IMG/VR virus record: IMGVR_UViG_3300002144_000477
Location: 106,894-170,893 of that record
Strand: one strand, 5' to 3'
DNA from: a virus
DNA length: 64,000 nt
The notes under the pieces were generated by a model. It had not been told where the DNA came from, made no database searches, and was given only the letters and a program-made list of their open reading frames with translations. The position numbers and the translations under genes were made by a program. Shown piece by piece: positions 27,209 through 35,594 of this stretch. Every line of letters begins with the position of its first letter. The stretch's first letter is position 1.

Positions 27209-27549
27209 TAGCTATCCTTATTATACTTGTTAGTGGCTTCCCATTGTTCGTGGTTTTCTTGCAGTATATTTCTGCAGATATCGTGAAACCAGCGATCAAC
27301 AATTACAGACTCATCTTCGTTTGGTTTTTGTTGATAGCCAGCTCGAACTAAGTTTGTTACAAACTTCTCATTCCAGTCTAGTTCAAACGCACCGTTGCTT
27401 GGGCTAGCTTCATCCAGTTCCACTGATAGTACAGCGATGTATGGCTCTCCATTTGCTGTTGCAATGTCCTTTGCAGACTTCTTTGGTTTAGGAGCCTCTT
27501 TTTTATCTTCGGGTTTGGGCTTTTTCTTGCCCCAATCAAATAGTCCCAT
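27208..27549 (-). CDS. hypothetical phage protein
   Basis: GGAGGA SD before MGLFDW; FELDWN motif. Confidence 0.75.
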   Translation of the reverse strand: MGLFDWGKKKPKPEDKKEAPKPKKSAKDIATANGEPYIAVLSVELDEASPSNGAFELDWNEKFVTNLVRAGYQQKPNEDESVIVDRWFHDICRNILQENHEQWEATNKYNKDS

Positions 27550-28241
27550 TAAATGTCCTCCATATCGCAAATGCATTTGGCAATTATTTTGCCATCCGAC
27601 TCAATAAAAATATCACCATCTTCGATAATACAAATGCTATCGTATGGTTTTATATTTCCAAGAAAATCTATGTTTTTAATCCGTACCTTTTTATGTACAT
27701 CGTCAGCATACTGGTAAACAAATTTTAAATAATTTGCACAATATAAAATGCCTGCCGCATTGAAGTCTATGCTTGGGTACGTTGGGTATCTGTATTTTGT
27801 GACGCCATCTTTGTAACGTGCGCCGCGTGACTGTTTGTGACTATCCCAAAATTCTCTGTTTCGAATTCCCGACGAGTTAGCTCGAAATATTTTCCCGTGG
27901 TCGACATGAATTCCGATACTGAAAAGTTCGGCGGAGTTTCCGCCCCAAACATGTTTGGTTTTAAAGATGTAGTCATCGATGTAATTTCCTGTTGTTGTAA
28001 TGTTCAATTCGTTATCTTCCCTATTAGGTTCATTTAATGAATAGTTGGTTCTGAGAAAACTTTGATACACTCTCATGCCGTTTACTTTTACTTTGCTAGG
28101 CTCTTCGCTCATATAATGCCAGTGCAAATCTCCTAGAATTTTGCTGACTTGATTTAGATTCAATGATCCATCAGCCAAAAGGTGCGGCATCCCCAATACG
28201 ATTTTTGTTTCAACGCTTTCTGTCATTCTGTCATATTCCAC
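27549..28241 (-). CDS. double-hotdog protein, LnmK/Pnap_2097-like
   Basis: LGMPHL...LGDLHW and DFNAAGILYCANY resemble LnmK-family motifs. Confidence 0.55.
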   Translation of the reverse strand: MEYDRMTESVETKIVLGMPHLLADGSLNLNQVSKILGDLHWHYMSEEPSKVKVNGMRVYQSFLRTNYSLNEPNREDNELNITTTGNYIDDYIFKTKHVWGGNSAELFSIGIHVDHGKIFRANSSGIRNREFWDSHKQSRGARYKDGVTKYRYPTYPSIDFNAAGILYCANYLKFVYQYADDVHKKVRIKNIDFLGNIKPYDSICIIEDGDIFIESDGKIIAKCICDMEDI

Positions 28242-28335
28242 TGCTTCTAATCTTGTTCATTGTTTCTTCGTCCCAAACTTTAGCCTTCATCGCACGTTCA
28301 TGTTGGGCATTCTTATACTCAGGTTCCCCAGGCAT
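28231..28335 (-). CDS. 34-aa small protein (MPGEPEYKNAQHER...)
   Basis: Bridges queE stop and next start, overlapping both. Confidence 0.45.
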   Translation of the reverse strand: MPGEPEYKNAQHERAMKAKVWDEETMNKIRSSGI

Positions 28336-29191
28336 TGCCGAATATGTCCACATGTAGTCGGGGTGTGTACCTCCAACCTCGCTCCATTGCCAAAGCGGCA
28401 ACTCGTTGTGCGTTTTGTTTATATTCGTCGTACCTGCCTCCGAGTGGCATAGTATAGACTGGGCAGTAGACTCCTGCCTTGGTGTACTCTGTAACTGCCT
28501 TTGCAACCTCGTCCACGTCATCCACATGAGCAACCACAAATTTAAGATACAAGTCAGCACCAGGAATGTCGTAATAACTACGAACAATTTCAGGCTTAAT
28601 AGCATCATCCCAAGACTCTCCCGAAACAGAGAGCTTTGGACTGCAACTGAATGTAACGGTAATTTGGTCTTGATTTGCGAGATAATCAGCAAGCTCCGGT
28701 CTAATAACTTGGGTAGCATTTGTTTCAATAGTGACATTTTTTAAATCCTTCATGCGTGGATGGTTGAATAGTTCAACGTAATTACGTTGCCATCCCAGCA
28801 TCGGTTCACCACCAGTGATAATAAAATGAATGTCCTGCCCACTTGGTAATGTCCAGCTACCAGTTGGTGTCAGTGCAAGCAATTGCTCTACTATTTCGTC
28901 AGTTGTGACATCCTGCATAAAGTGCTTAAACTCAGGGTAGATACTTGCATAGGTATCGCACCCGGTATGCACAATTGGCAAATCATTGAACTCTTTATAG
29001 TTATCAATGTTTTGGATAATAATTGCAACTTCTGGATTTGGAGTCTTGCTGTCATATGCCTCAGACTTGTCTCTACCAAATTTTTTGCATCTAAAGTTGC
29101 ATCCGTACATGCGAAGGAATACGCTTGGCACACCTACGTATTTTCCCTCGCCTTGAATGCTATAGAATGCTTCTGAAAAACGCCATTTCAT
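28319..29191 (-). CDS. queE: 7-carboxy-7-deazaguanine synthase (radical SAM)
   Basis: EAFYSIQGEG, FLR.YGCNFRC...GCDT, ITGGEP, IETN, SPKL, RLH. Confidence 0.92.
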   Translation of the reverse strand: MKWRFSEAFYSIQGEGKYVGVPSVFLRMYGCNFRCKKFGRDKSEAYDSKTPNPEVAIIIQNIDNYKEFNDLPIVHTGCDTYASIYPEFKHFMQDVTTDEIVEQLLALTPTGSWTLPSGQDIHFIITGGEPMLGWQRNYVELFNHPRMKDLKNVTIETNATQVIRPELADYLANQDQITVTFSCSPKLSVSGESWDDAIKPEIVRSYYDIPGADLYLKFVVAHVDDVDEVAKAVTEYTKAGVYCPVYTMPLGGRYDEYKQNAQRVAALAMERGWRYTPRLHVDIFGNAWGT

Positions 29192-29195
29192 ATTT

Positions 29196-29762
29196 TTATC
29201 CTTCGTATGTTGCAGAGTTGGCGTCGTGCTCAAACACTTCAACACTGGTTAATTTAACATTAGCACCAACACGATACCTCTGTTCAAACACTCTACCGTC
29301 AGGATGCGTCCACCCACGGCCTTCTTGGTATGCTGTTAAGATTTCCAACATTGTTCTATATGCAAGTTCTGCAAATTTTTCACAGCCAACACCTTCTACA
29401 ATACGCAAATCAATTACGCCACCACGTTCATGTGGGCGAAGTTTACTAATCTCGCCAGTCCCGCTAGGCATCATTGTGCCTAGATTTGCTAGACGTTTAA
29501 ACTCATCTAAAAACGGATCGTCTTGTGCAACAATCGTAGTATGATCAAATTGCCAGTCAAGCCACTCTTTAAATGCTTTTAGTCCACCAAAGTCCATAAC
29601 CCAGTGGCGATCGTCAAGTGTGGGACTTTCAAACACCAGCTTAACACCGATTGAATAACCGTGTAGCGTCGAGCAGTGACTATGACTAGAACGCCATTGC
29701 CTGAATGTACAACTCAGACCTCTGTCGTTGCCATACTTTTTAGTACTATAATATTTTGTCAT
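29196..29762 (-). CDS. queD: 6-carboxy-5,6,7,8-tetrahydropterin synthase
   Basis: HCSTLHGY, WVMDFGGLK, FDHT, GCEKFA, VFEH; directly upstream of queE. Confidence 0.88.
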   Translation of the reverse strand: MTKYYSTKKYGNDRGLSCTFRQWRSSHSHCSTLHGYSIGVKLVFESPTLDDRHWVMDFGGLKAFKEWLDWQFDHTTIVAQDDPFLDEFKRLANLGTMMPSGTGEISKLRPHERGGVIDLRIVEGVGCEKFAELAYRTMLEILTAYQEGRGWTHPDGRVFEQRYRVGANVKLTSVEVFEHDANSATYEG

Positions 29763-29790
29763 TGTTTCGTTTTCCCTATGTATGTTATAG

Positions 29791-29830
29791 GTGGCGGAAT
29801 GTTTTAAGAGGGACGACACTAAGGCCTCTA
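29791..29830 (-). ncRNA. candidate preQ1-I-like riboswitch in queD leader
   Basis: AGAGG-CCUUAGUGUCGUC-CCUCU-UAAAACAUUCCGCC: 5-bp stem, 13-nt loop, A-rich tail complementary to loop. Confidence 0.45.
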
Positions 29831-29834
29831 ATAT

Positions 29835-30416
29835 CTATTCTATAGTATACTGGTATTTAGGCAAGTTGTCAAATACTTTTTTAACTTTTTCGATATCCTC
29901 GTGCATGTGTATACTAAACCAAATCCTTGGATCGGTAATTTTTACTTCATGCTCTTTAGTAATATTAATAATTATCGGAGTATCAGCCTGTGTCTCATAA
30001 GTGTACACTTGGTTACTGTCTGGTTCGTAGACTACGCCTGTCCCGCTGTTATCGTGCATTGGGTAGACAAAACTACATTGCCCGTTTTTAATACTGTCAC
30101 GATGTCGTGGCACGTTACTACTACTCCAGCATATGGTTGCTGGTGTGAACGTTAACTCGGGAAACGTATGATTAAAAAATTTATCAAGCAGTTCAGTTTC
30201 GGGGATGCCACCTAGTACAAAAAAATCAACGCTAGGACCGCTTTTACTAATCCACCCACCGCTGGGTATTTCACAAACTACACTAGCACCACTTTCGTAT
30301 ATTAAGTGATTTAAGTATTTTCCGGTGTGTACAAAATCAGTCGCTACTGTTCTAACCATCGTAGTTAGTGCATCCCAATTGTGTGCAATTTTAAATTCTG
30401 GCTGGAACCCTAACAT
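29835..30416 (-). CDS. putative cupin/2OG-Fe(II) oxygenase-fold protein
   Basis: HRD ... H ... R pattern (PRHRDS, KEHEV, RIWFSI). Confidence 0.5.
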   Translation of the reverse strand: MLGFQPEFKIAHNWDALTTMVRTVATDFVHTGKYLNHLIYESGASVVCEIPSGGWISKSGPSVDFFVLGGIPETELLDKFFNHTFPELTFTPATICWSSSNVPRHRDSIKNGQCSFVYPMHDNSGTGVVYEPDSNQVYTYETQADTPIIINITKEHEVKITDPRIWFSIHMHEDIEKVKKVFDNLPKYQYTIE

Positions 30417-30420
30417 TGCA

Positions 30421-30963
30421 TTAATGCTCCCACGGGAACACTACCCAGACATCATTTTCTGCTTTATTAATTTCTTTTACTGAATAGTCGGTATCAAACG
30501 CACTGGCTTGGTTATCAACTATACTTGCAAAGCGAACATTCTTATGCCAAACTGTATTCCACGTTTCTTCATTGGGCAAACAACTGCTTTGCCAATCTTG
30601 TTTAATCCAGTTAAATGTAGCACCGGTATCATTGATATCATCTAGAATAAGGATATTTTTGCGTAACGAAATATCCCATCGAGCCCCAGTGATTCCTGTC
30701 TCTTCACTTCGGTTATAACCAAATGCATCTTCGGCCATCCATAGATTGCTCTCTAAGCCAGTAATAGACCGGTCTCGCAAACTAACATCAAGTGTGTACA
30801 TAGGGATGCCGAGACAGTGACTCATTGTAACTGCTGGTATTAGTCCTCCTCTGGTCAGTCCAACAATGTAGTCAGGCCGCCAACTGTCCTTATACATATC
30901 GAATGCAATCCGGTGAACTGCATCTTTAACAGCGATATCACTGATATATAATTTATTATCCAT
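30421..30963 (-). CDS. type I phosphoribosyltransferase (xanthine/guanine PRT-like)
   Basis: GLTRGGLIPA, ILILDDINDTGAT PRPP loop, WVVFPWE. Confidence 0.9.
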   Translation of the reverse strand: MDNKLYISDIAVKDAVHRIAFDMYKDSWRPDYIVGLTRGGLIPAVTMSHCLGIPMYTLDVSLRDRSITGLESNLWMAEDAFGYNRSEETGITGARWDISLRKNILILDDINDTGATFNWIKQDWQSSCLPNEETWNTVWHKNVRFASIVDNQASAFDTDYSVKEINKAENDVWVVFPWEH

Positions 30964-30964
30964 G

Positions 30965-31423
30965 TTAATTTCCTAATTTAGTTGATAGGTATTGCTCCCA
31001 TTGCACCCACTTATCTTTAACCATAAACCCCCACTCACGCTGTTGTGGTCCAGGCATAAACAGTGTCCAGCAAGTTACGTCCGGATCAAGTTCGATGCGA
31101 TGAAAGCTGTTAGCACTAGATACCCGAAAGTGTCCGGGCTTACGCCAAACAGCCACTTCGCAAAGTCTTTTACCATTTTTGTCATAATTTGGAATCCATT
31201 CATAGTATCCGCCCTTTAAAATAATTGTTGCATATGGCCAGGGATGATCGTGCAGATCGTCTGGGTCTGATTTTAGAAACTTGTGCAAAAATATATTTAA
31301 CGGGAAACTCTTCCTGTCTTTTAAAAACAAGTAGTAACGTTCTAGGTACGGTTCGTTACTAGCACGGTCTAGTACAATGCGCTTACGACCTACTTTATCT
31401 AAAACTTTTAGAAACCATTTCAT
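30965..31423 (-). CDS. cupin-fold protein
   Basis: LHDHPW...GGYYE, FHRIEL, WTLF. Confidence 0.7.
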   Translation of the reverse strand: MKWFLKVLDKVGRKRIVLDRASNEPYLERYYLFLKDRKSFPLNIFLHKFLKSDPDDLHDHPWPYATIILKGGYYEWIPNYDKNGKRLCEVAVWRKPGHFRVSSANSFHRIELDPDVTCWTLFMPGPQQREWGFMVKDKWVQWEQYLSTKLGN

Positions 31424-31478
31424 AGTATTGTCCTCTTAGAAGTTAAGTTTGTATCCTACTGTTGCACGTACATTAAGT

Positions 31479-32702
31479 TCATCCATTACATTCTTCCTTT
31501 AATTTTTGCGAGACATCACTCCACAACTCGTTAAATGTTGTTGTCTTTTTTAATTCTTGTTCAATTCGATTATTAAAACTTAAAATTCTCATTGCTCGTT
31601 GTTTATTTGAAACTTTTTCAACATTCACAACATCGTTAGAAATTGGTATGCCAGTATAGCACATTTCTTTATATTTTGCTAAAGTGTCGAGAGATAAATT
31701 TTTATAATTTTCGTATTTTGTTAAAACTTTATCTATTTCTTTTGCAGCCATTAATCGTATACTTTCAGGTGCGAATCTAATGTCTAATTCATAAGGATTA
31801 ATTAAATCACACCAAAATATATCTAAATTTTTGGATAGGCAAAAATCATAAAAATCTAATAGATCAAATGCACTATATAAACAGTACGCCGGATGAGCAA
31901 TAATGTGTTGATTATGTTGTTTTAGAATATCGATGTTGTTAACAAAGGTTTTCCATTCAGCTTTATGTCTGACGTATTCAAATCGTTTTTCTAAACAATC
32001 AAAACTTATCATCCAATGTACATTGATATTTTTATTAGAAATAATAGATTTGAACATCGGGTTATTTGTCAAATCAACACTTAAATTAGTTGTTATATGA
32101 ACATTTACATATTTAGATAAATTGTTAAACAATTTATATATCGATTTCTGTAATAGAGGTTCACCGCCACCTACGGTAATACTAGATAAATGTTCTTGAT
32201 TATCTAATAGATAATTTACGGCGTTCTCTTCATCTACTTTTCCAAGTTCAATGATTTTACCTTTGACTTTTTGCCATTCTGTACTACAATCTGGACCACA
32301 ATAAAGACAAGTCAGATTACACAAATTATTCCAATTAATGCTACAACTGGTTAATACATTTTGATCGTTATTGTCTATTAGGGCACGAACGTCGGCATCT
32401 AAACTATTAACGTGCATCAATCGTTCACTACGTCCACCGTATGTTTCTGAGTCTTTACAATAACTACAATGATCGTGCCATTCTTCGTTTTTAATACTAG
32501 TTTTGATTTCGGATAATAGTTTATTTTGTAAAATTTTATCCACTGGATCTTGCAAATTATTGCCTACATTTTCGCTATAAGAACAGATCCCAGTTCCTCC
32601 ATTTACTCCTAATCTCAGAGAAGTCCACGGACAGGGGCAAAATGTTTTACTTTGACTGGTTTCTATGATGATTTGTATGATGATTTGTATCCTGTTTGCC
32701 AC
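31479..32702 (-). CDS. radical SAM protein with twitch/SPASM-like N-terminal domain
   Basis: FCPCPW, CSYC, CNLTCLYC, GGGEP; start uncertain because a promoter lies inside the predicted 5' end. Confidence 0.8.
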   Translation of the reverse strand: MANRIQIIIQIIIETSQSKTFCPCPWTSLRLGVNGGTGICSYSENVGNNLQDPVDKILQNKLLSEIKTSIKNEEWHDHCSYCKDSETYGGRSERLMHVNSLDADVRALIDNNDQNVLTSCSINWNNLCNLTCLYCGPDCSTEWQKVKGKIIELGKVDEENAVNYLLDNQEHLSSITVGGGEPLLQKSIYKLFNNLSKYVNVHITTNLSVDLTNNPMFKSIISNKNINVHWMISFDCLEKRFEYVRHKAEWKTFVNNIDILKQHNQHIIAHPAYCLYSAFDLLDFYDFCLSKNLDIFWCDLINPYELDIRFAPESIRLMAAKEIDKVLTKYENYKNLSLDTLAKYKEMCYTGIPISNDVVNVEKVSNKQRAMRILSFNNRIEQELKKTTTFNELWSDVSQKLKEECNG

Positions 32703-32712
32703 TGCATAATAC

Positions 32713-32741
32713 ATTATACGACAAAAGAGATCAAATGTCAA
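32713..32741 (-). promoter_or_regulatory. sigma70 consensus promoter TTGACA-N17-TATAAT
   Basis: Perfect consensus. Confidence 0.85.
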
Positions 32742-32763
32742 CCGCAGTGTGTAGGATAATGTG

Positions 32764-32794
32764 GTATTAATACAACGGTTGTATTAATACAACG
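32764..32794. repeat. nested palindrome/direct repeat gtattaatacaac-g-gttgtattaatac
   Basis: 13-bp perfect arms; the same 13-mer recurs at 55278-55290. Confidence 0.75.
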
Positions 32795-32805
32795 CCGTAG
32801 TTTAA

Positions 32806-33345
32806 TTACTTGGCTTCGTGTCTATTCAAGTATTCCAACACAGTTTCAGGACTTGAAACGCCGTATGGGTCCACTGTAGAATTGTCACAGCGGCCTGGCT
32901 CTTCAAAGAACTGTTCAATCACACCATTATACACAATCATAGCATAACGCCAACTACGCATGCCAAAGCCTAGATTGTCTTTGTCCACCAACATACCCAA
33001 TTGACGAGTAAATGTACCAGAACCATCTGGGATGAACTTTAGTTTTTCAACCTGTTGATCCAACATCCATTTACGCATGACAAATGTGTCGTTTACACTC
33101 AACACGTAAATGTCGTCTACTGCTTTAGCACAAATTTCTTCGTGATGCTGTTCAAAGCCAGGCACTTGGTATGTTGAGCAAGTTGGTGTAAATGCTCCCG
33201 GCAAACTGAACACCACAACACGACGGTTCTTAAAGATTTCGTCTGTGGTCAAATCTTGCCACTTGAATGGATTGTCGCCGCCGATGCTGTCATCGCGGAC
33301 TCGTGTTTTGAATGTCACACTTGGGACTGTGATTCCTTGCTTCAT
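32806..33345 (-). CDS. peroxiredoxin (Prx5/redoxin family)
   Basis: LPGAFTPTCS, SVNDTFVM, GMRSWRY; AAGGAG SD before MKQG. Confidence 0.93.
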   Translation of the reverse strand: MKQGITVPSVTFKTRVRDDSIGGDNPFKWQDLTTDEIFKNRRVVVFSLPGAFTPTCSTYQVPGFEQHHEEICAKAVDDIYVLSVNDTFVMRKWMLDQQVEKLKFIPDGSGTFTRQLGMLVDKDNLGFGMRSWRYAMIVYNGVIEQFFEEPGRCDNSTVDPYGVSSPETVLEYLNRHEAK

Positions 33346-33483
33346 TATTTTACTCCTTGAAATGATCAAACTCAGTGTTTCCACTGATATGTTATTGTAA
33401 CAGTATTTACTATAGAAATCTACTATTATTTCATTGTTTTTTATTGTATTTTCCTATGGCATCAATTGGTATTTCCATTGGCC

Positions 33484-33506
33484 AAAAGAAACCCGCCGAA
33501 GCGGGT
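33484..33506 (-). terminator. rho-independent terminator (UUCG loop)
   Basis: acccgc-ttcg-gcgggt-ttctttt on minus strand. Confidence 0.85.
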
Positions 33507-33524
33507 ATATCTAATTGGTATAGA

Positions 33525-35195
33525 TTAAAACTTGACGTTAAATCCAGCAGTTATAGTGGTGTTATCACCTAATGCTGATGTTGACTTGCTCAATCTAGCT
33601 TCCCAATTCACTTTCTCGTCTTCTTTAACTAAACCTATACTAGCTTGATTTACGCCATCAGAATGATGTAACATAGTAAAGTCCACTAGACCTAAATCTA
33701 CTTTGGCACCAACCGTGGCGTAATCATACATGGTGTTTGTGTTAGCAACAGCACGAGCAGTAATAATGTCACCAGTTTCAGTGTAAGCATCAGTTTTACG
33801 TTGTCCACTGGTGTAACCAATCACAGAAGTAACTTTATCATTTAATTTTAATTCATATGATATTCTCGCGCTAGTATCTGTACCGCTGGTGGCTCCAGCA
33901 TTTGCCCAAGAACCAATGGTACGAGATAACAAGTAGTCTGATGTGACATGTGTTAGTCCTACTTCGACGGTGCCTTTTTCCAGTTCTTTGCCAATCGAAC
34001 CATTAAATATACGTGTGTCAGCACTGGCACTGTTGCCTTGATTGTTAACATTAGTTGATAATTCTGCAATGCCGCCACCGATGATAATTCCATTTTCGAT
34101 ACGTCTCTTGCCACCTACAGTGATGCCTTTTGTGCGTCCTTCAAGACCATTTTTATAAACATGTGAAATGCCAATGGCTTTAATACCATCAAACTCTATA
34201 CCTCTAGCCACGGAGTTTGTGATGTCTTGTGCTGTAGCAAGTTGATCAATGCGCCCAACTGCTTGTGCAGTTGCTATACTAGTTTGTACCAGATCAACAG
34301 TTGAACTTGAAGTTGTTACTGTGTTAGTAGTTGAAACAGAGCAAGATTGTGTTCCGTTTGCTGTAGTAGTCGAATTATCACTGTATGTAGTAACTGTTGT
34401 AGGAGTTGTACAAGTTGTAGTTGTCACTGGCGTTGTATTAGTTACAATAGTTGTTACTGGAGTTGTGTCTACAGTAGTAACAGTAGTGTCAACTGTTTGT
34501 GTTATGGTATCTTCGCTTACTGCGTGTGCTGTAGTAACTGCTCTTACAGTTGTGCCGTTAGTTACTGTATTTGTTATCACAGTTGCGCCTGTTGAACTAG
34601 AAGAAGTAACAGTCGGGGTTCCTGCTGTTGTGCTTACTACAGTTGGTGTACCACTATATGTTTGACCTGCTGCCAATGGCGTTGTGTTTGTGTATGTATA
34701 GTTGGATAACTTGGTTGCATCAACGCTTCTATCCATGGTGGTAAATGACGCACTATCGTTTTTGGAATAGCCTCCTTCAATAGTAATAACAGTTCCCCAG
34801 CTACCATTACCTAGATAGAATATAGCGCCGTCGCCTAACGCTGTAAATGTACCAGTATGGTTAATAACTTTGTAAAGTGTACCGTCTGACTCGTACAAGG
34901 CTAAACCATATGTGCCGGGGTTAGTAGTACTGTCAAAGAAAGCAAAGTATCTTCCATTGGCAGATGCATCAGCAATTTGCGCATCTGTTAGTCGTGAGGC
35001 ACTGGATGCTTGTGTAGCATAATTAACGCTGGCATACAAGTTTTGAAACCAGCTGGCATTCAGTGTTGTGCCATTCCAGCTGTATTGTACATCCCAAATT
35101 TGTGCGGTACTGAATCGACCGTCTGTAATGGCAGCAAATGCGCTGGCCATTGTTAACATTGCGGCAGCGGCCGCAGTCACGAGTTTTTTTAACAT
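33525..35195 (-). CDS. autotransporter-like outer membrane protein with Thr-rich stalk
   Basis: Signal peptide, Thr/Val-rich region, C-terminal beta-barrel ending GFNVKF, YTETG motif. Confidence 0.7.
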   Translation of the reverse strand: MLKKLVTAAAAAMLTMASAFAAITDGRFSTAQIWDVQYSWNGTTLNASWFQNLYASVNYATQASSASRLTDAQIADASANGRYFAFFDSTTNPGTYGLALYESDGTLYKVINHTGTFTALGDGAIFYLGNGSWGTVITIEGGYSKNDSASFTTMDRSVDATKLSNYTYTNTTPLAAGQTYSGTPTVVSTTAGTPTVTSSSSTGATVITNTVTNGTTVRAVTTAHAVSEDTITQTVDTTVTTVDTTPVTTIVTNTTPVTTTTCTTPTTVTTYSDNSTTTANGTQSCSVSTTNTVTTSSSTVDLVQTSIATAQAVGRIDQLATAQDITNSVARGIEFDGIKAIGISHVYKNGLEGRTKGITVGGKRRIENGIIIGGGIAELSTNVNNQGNSASADTRIFNGSIGKELEKGTVEVGLTHVTSDYLLSRTIGSWANAGATSGTDTSARISYELKLNDKVTSVIGYTSGQRKTDAYTETGDIITARAVANTNTMYDYATVGAKVDLGLVDFTMLHHSDGVNQASIGLVKEDEKVNWEARLSKSTSALGDNTTITAGFNVKF

Positions 35196-35249
35196 TTTCA
35201 CAACTCCTTATTATTGTTATTATTGTGTGAATCTGTGTATTTATCAGTC

Positions 35250-35274
35250 AAAAGAAAACCCGCCTAAGCGGGTT
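35250..35274 (-). terminator. rho-independent terminator
   Basis: aacccgc-ttag-gcgggtt-ttctttt; near-identical to 33484-33506. Confidence 0.85.
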
Positions 35275-35294
35275 ATCGTGTGCGTATGGTTGAG

Positions 35295-35594
35295 TTAAAA
35301 TTTAAGTGATTCCATGGTGATAATTTTACTAATCTCTTCACCTAAATCAACATCATCGGTAATAATGTAATTGTCACCTGTGGATCTGTCAGTTCTATTA
35401 TCGTAGCGTCTAGTGCTGACAATAAACCCACCATTGGCCTTGGTCAGTGTAAAACGCATGGGCTCGCCAAAGGTTTCAACATCGTCGCAAGATACTAAAC
35501 TGCCCCTCGACAATTTCGATTGGTAGGCATCTGCATCTGGTTTTTCATTGGGATCACGAACCCAATCGCGTAGTTTTCTTTTAAGCCATTTCAT
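35295..35594 (-). CDS. hypothetical protein
   Basis: ATGA-coupled ORF. Confidence 0.7.
   Translation of the reverse strand: MKWLKRKLRDWVRDPNEKPDADAYQSKLSRGSLVSCDDVETFGEPMRFTLTKANGGFIVSTRRYDNRTDRSTGDNYIITDDVDLGEEISKIITMESLKF

Noticed and set aside
28336-28737. 168-aa alternative-frame ORF inside queE
   Set aside because: Mostly overlaps queE without recognisable motifs; only its last 34 codons are retained as a possible small gene.
34249-34665. Plus-strand Val/Cys-rich ORFs
   Set aside because: Antisense shadows of the Thr-rich low-complexity region of the autotransporter-like gene.
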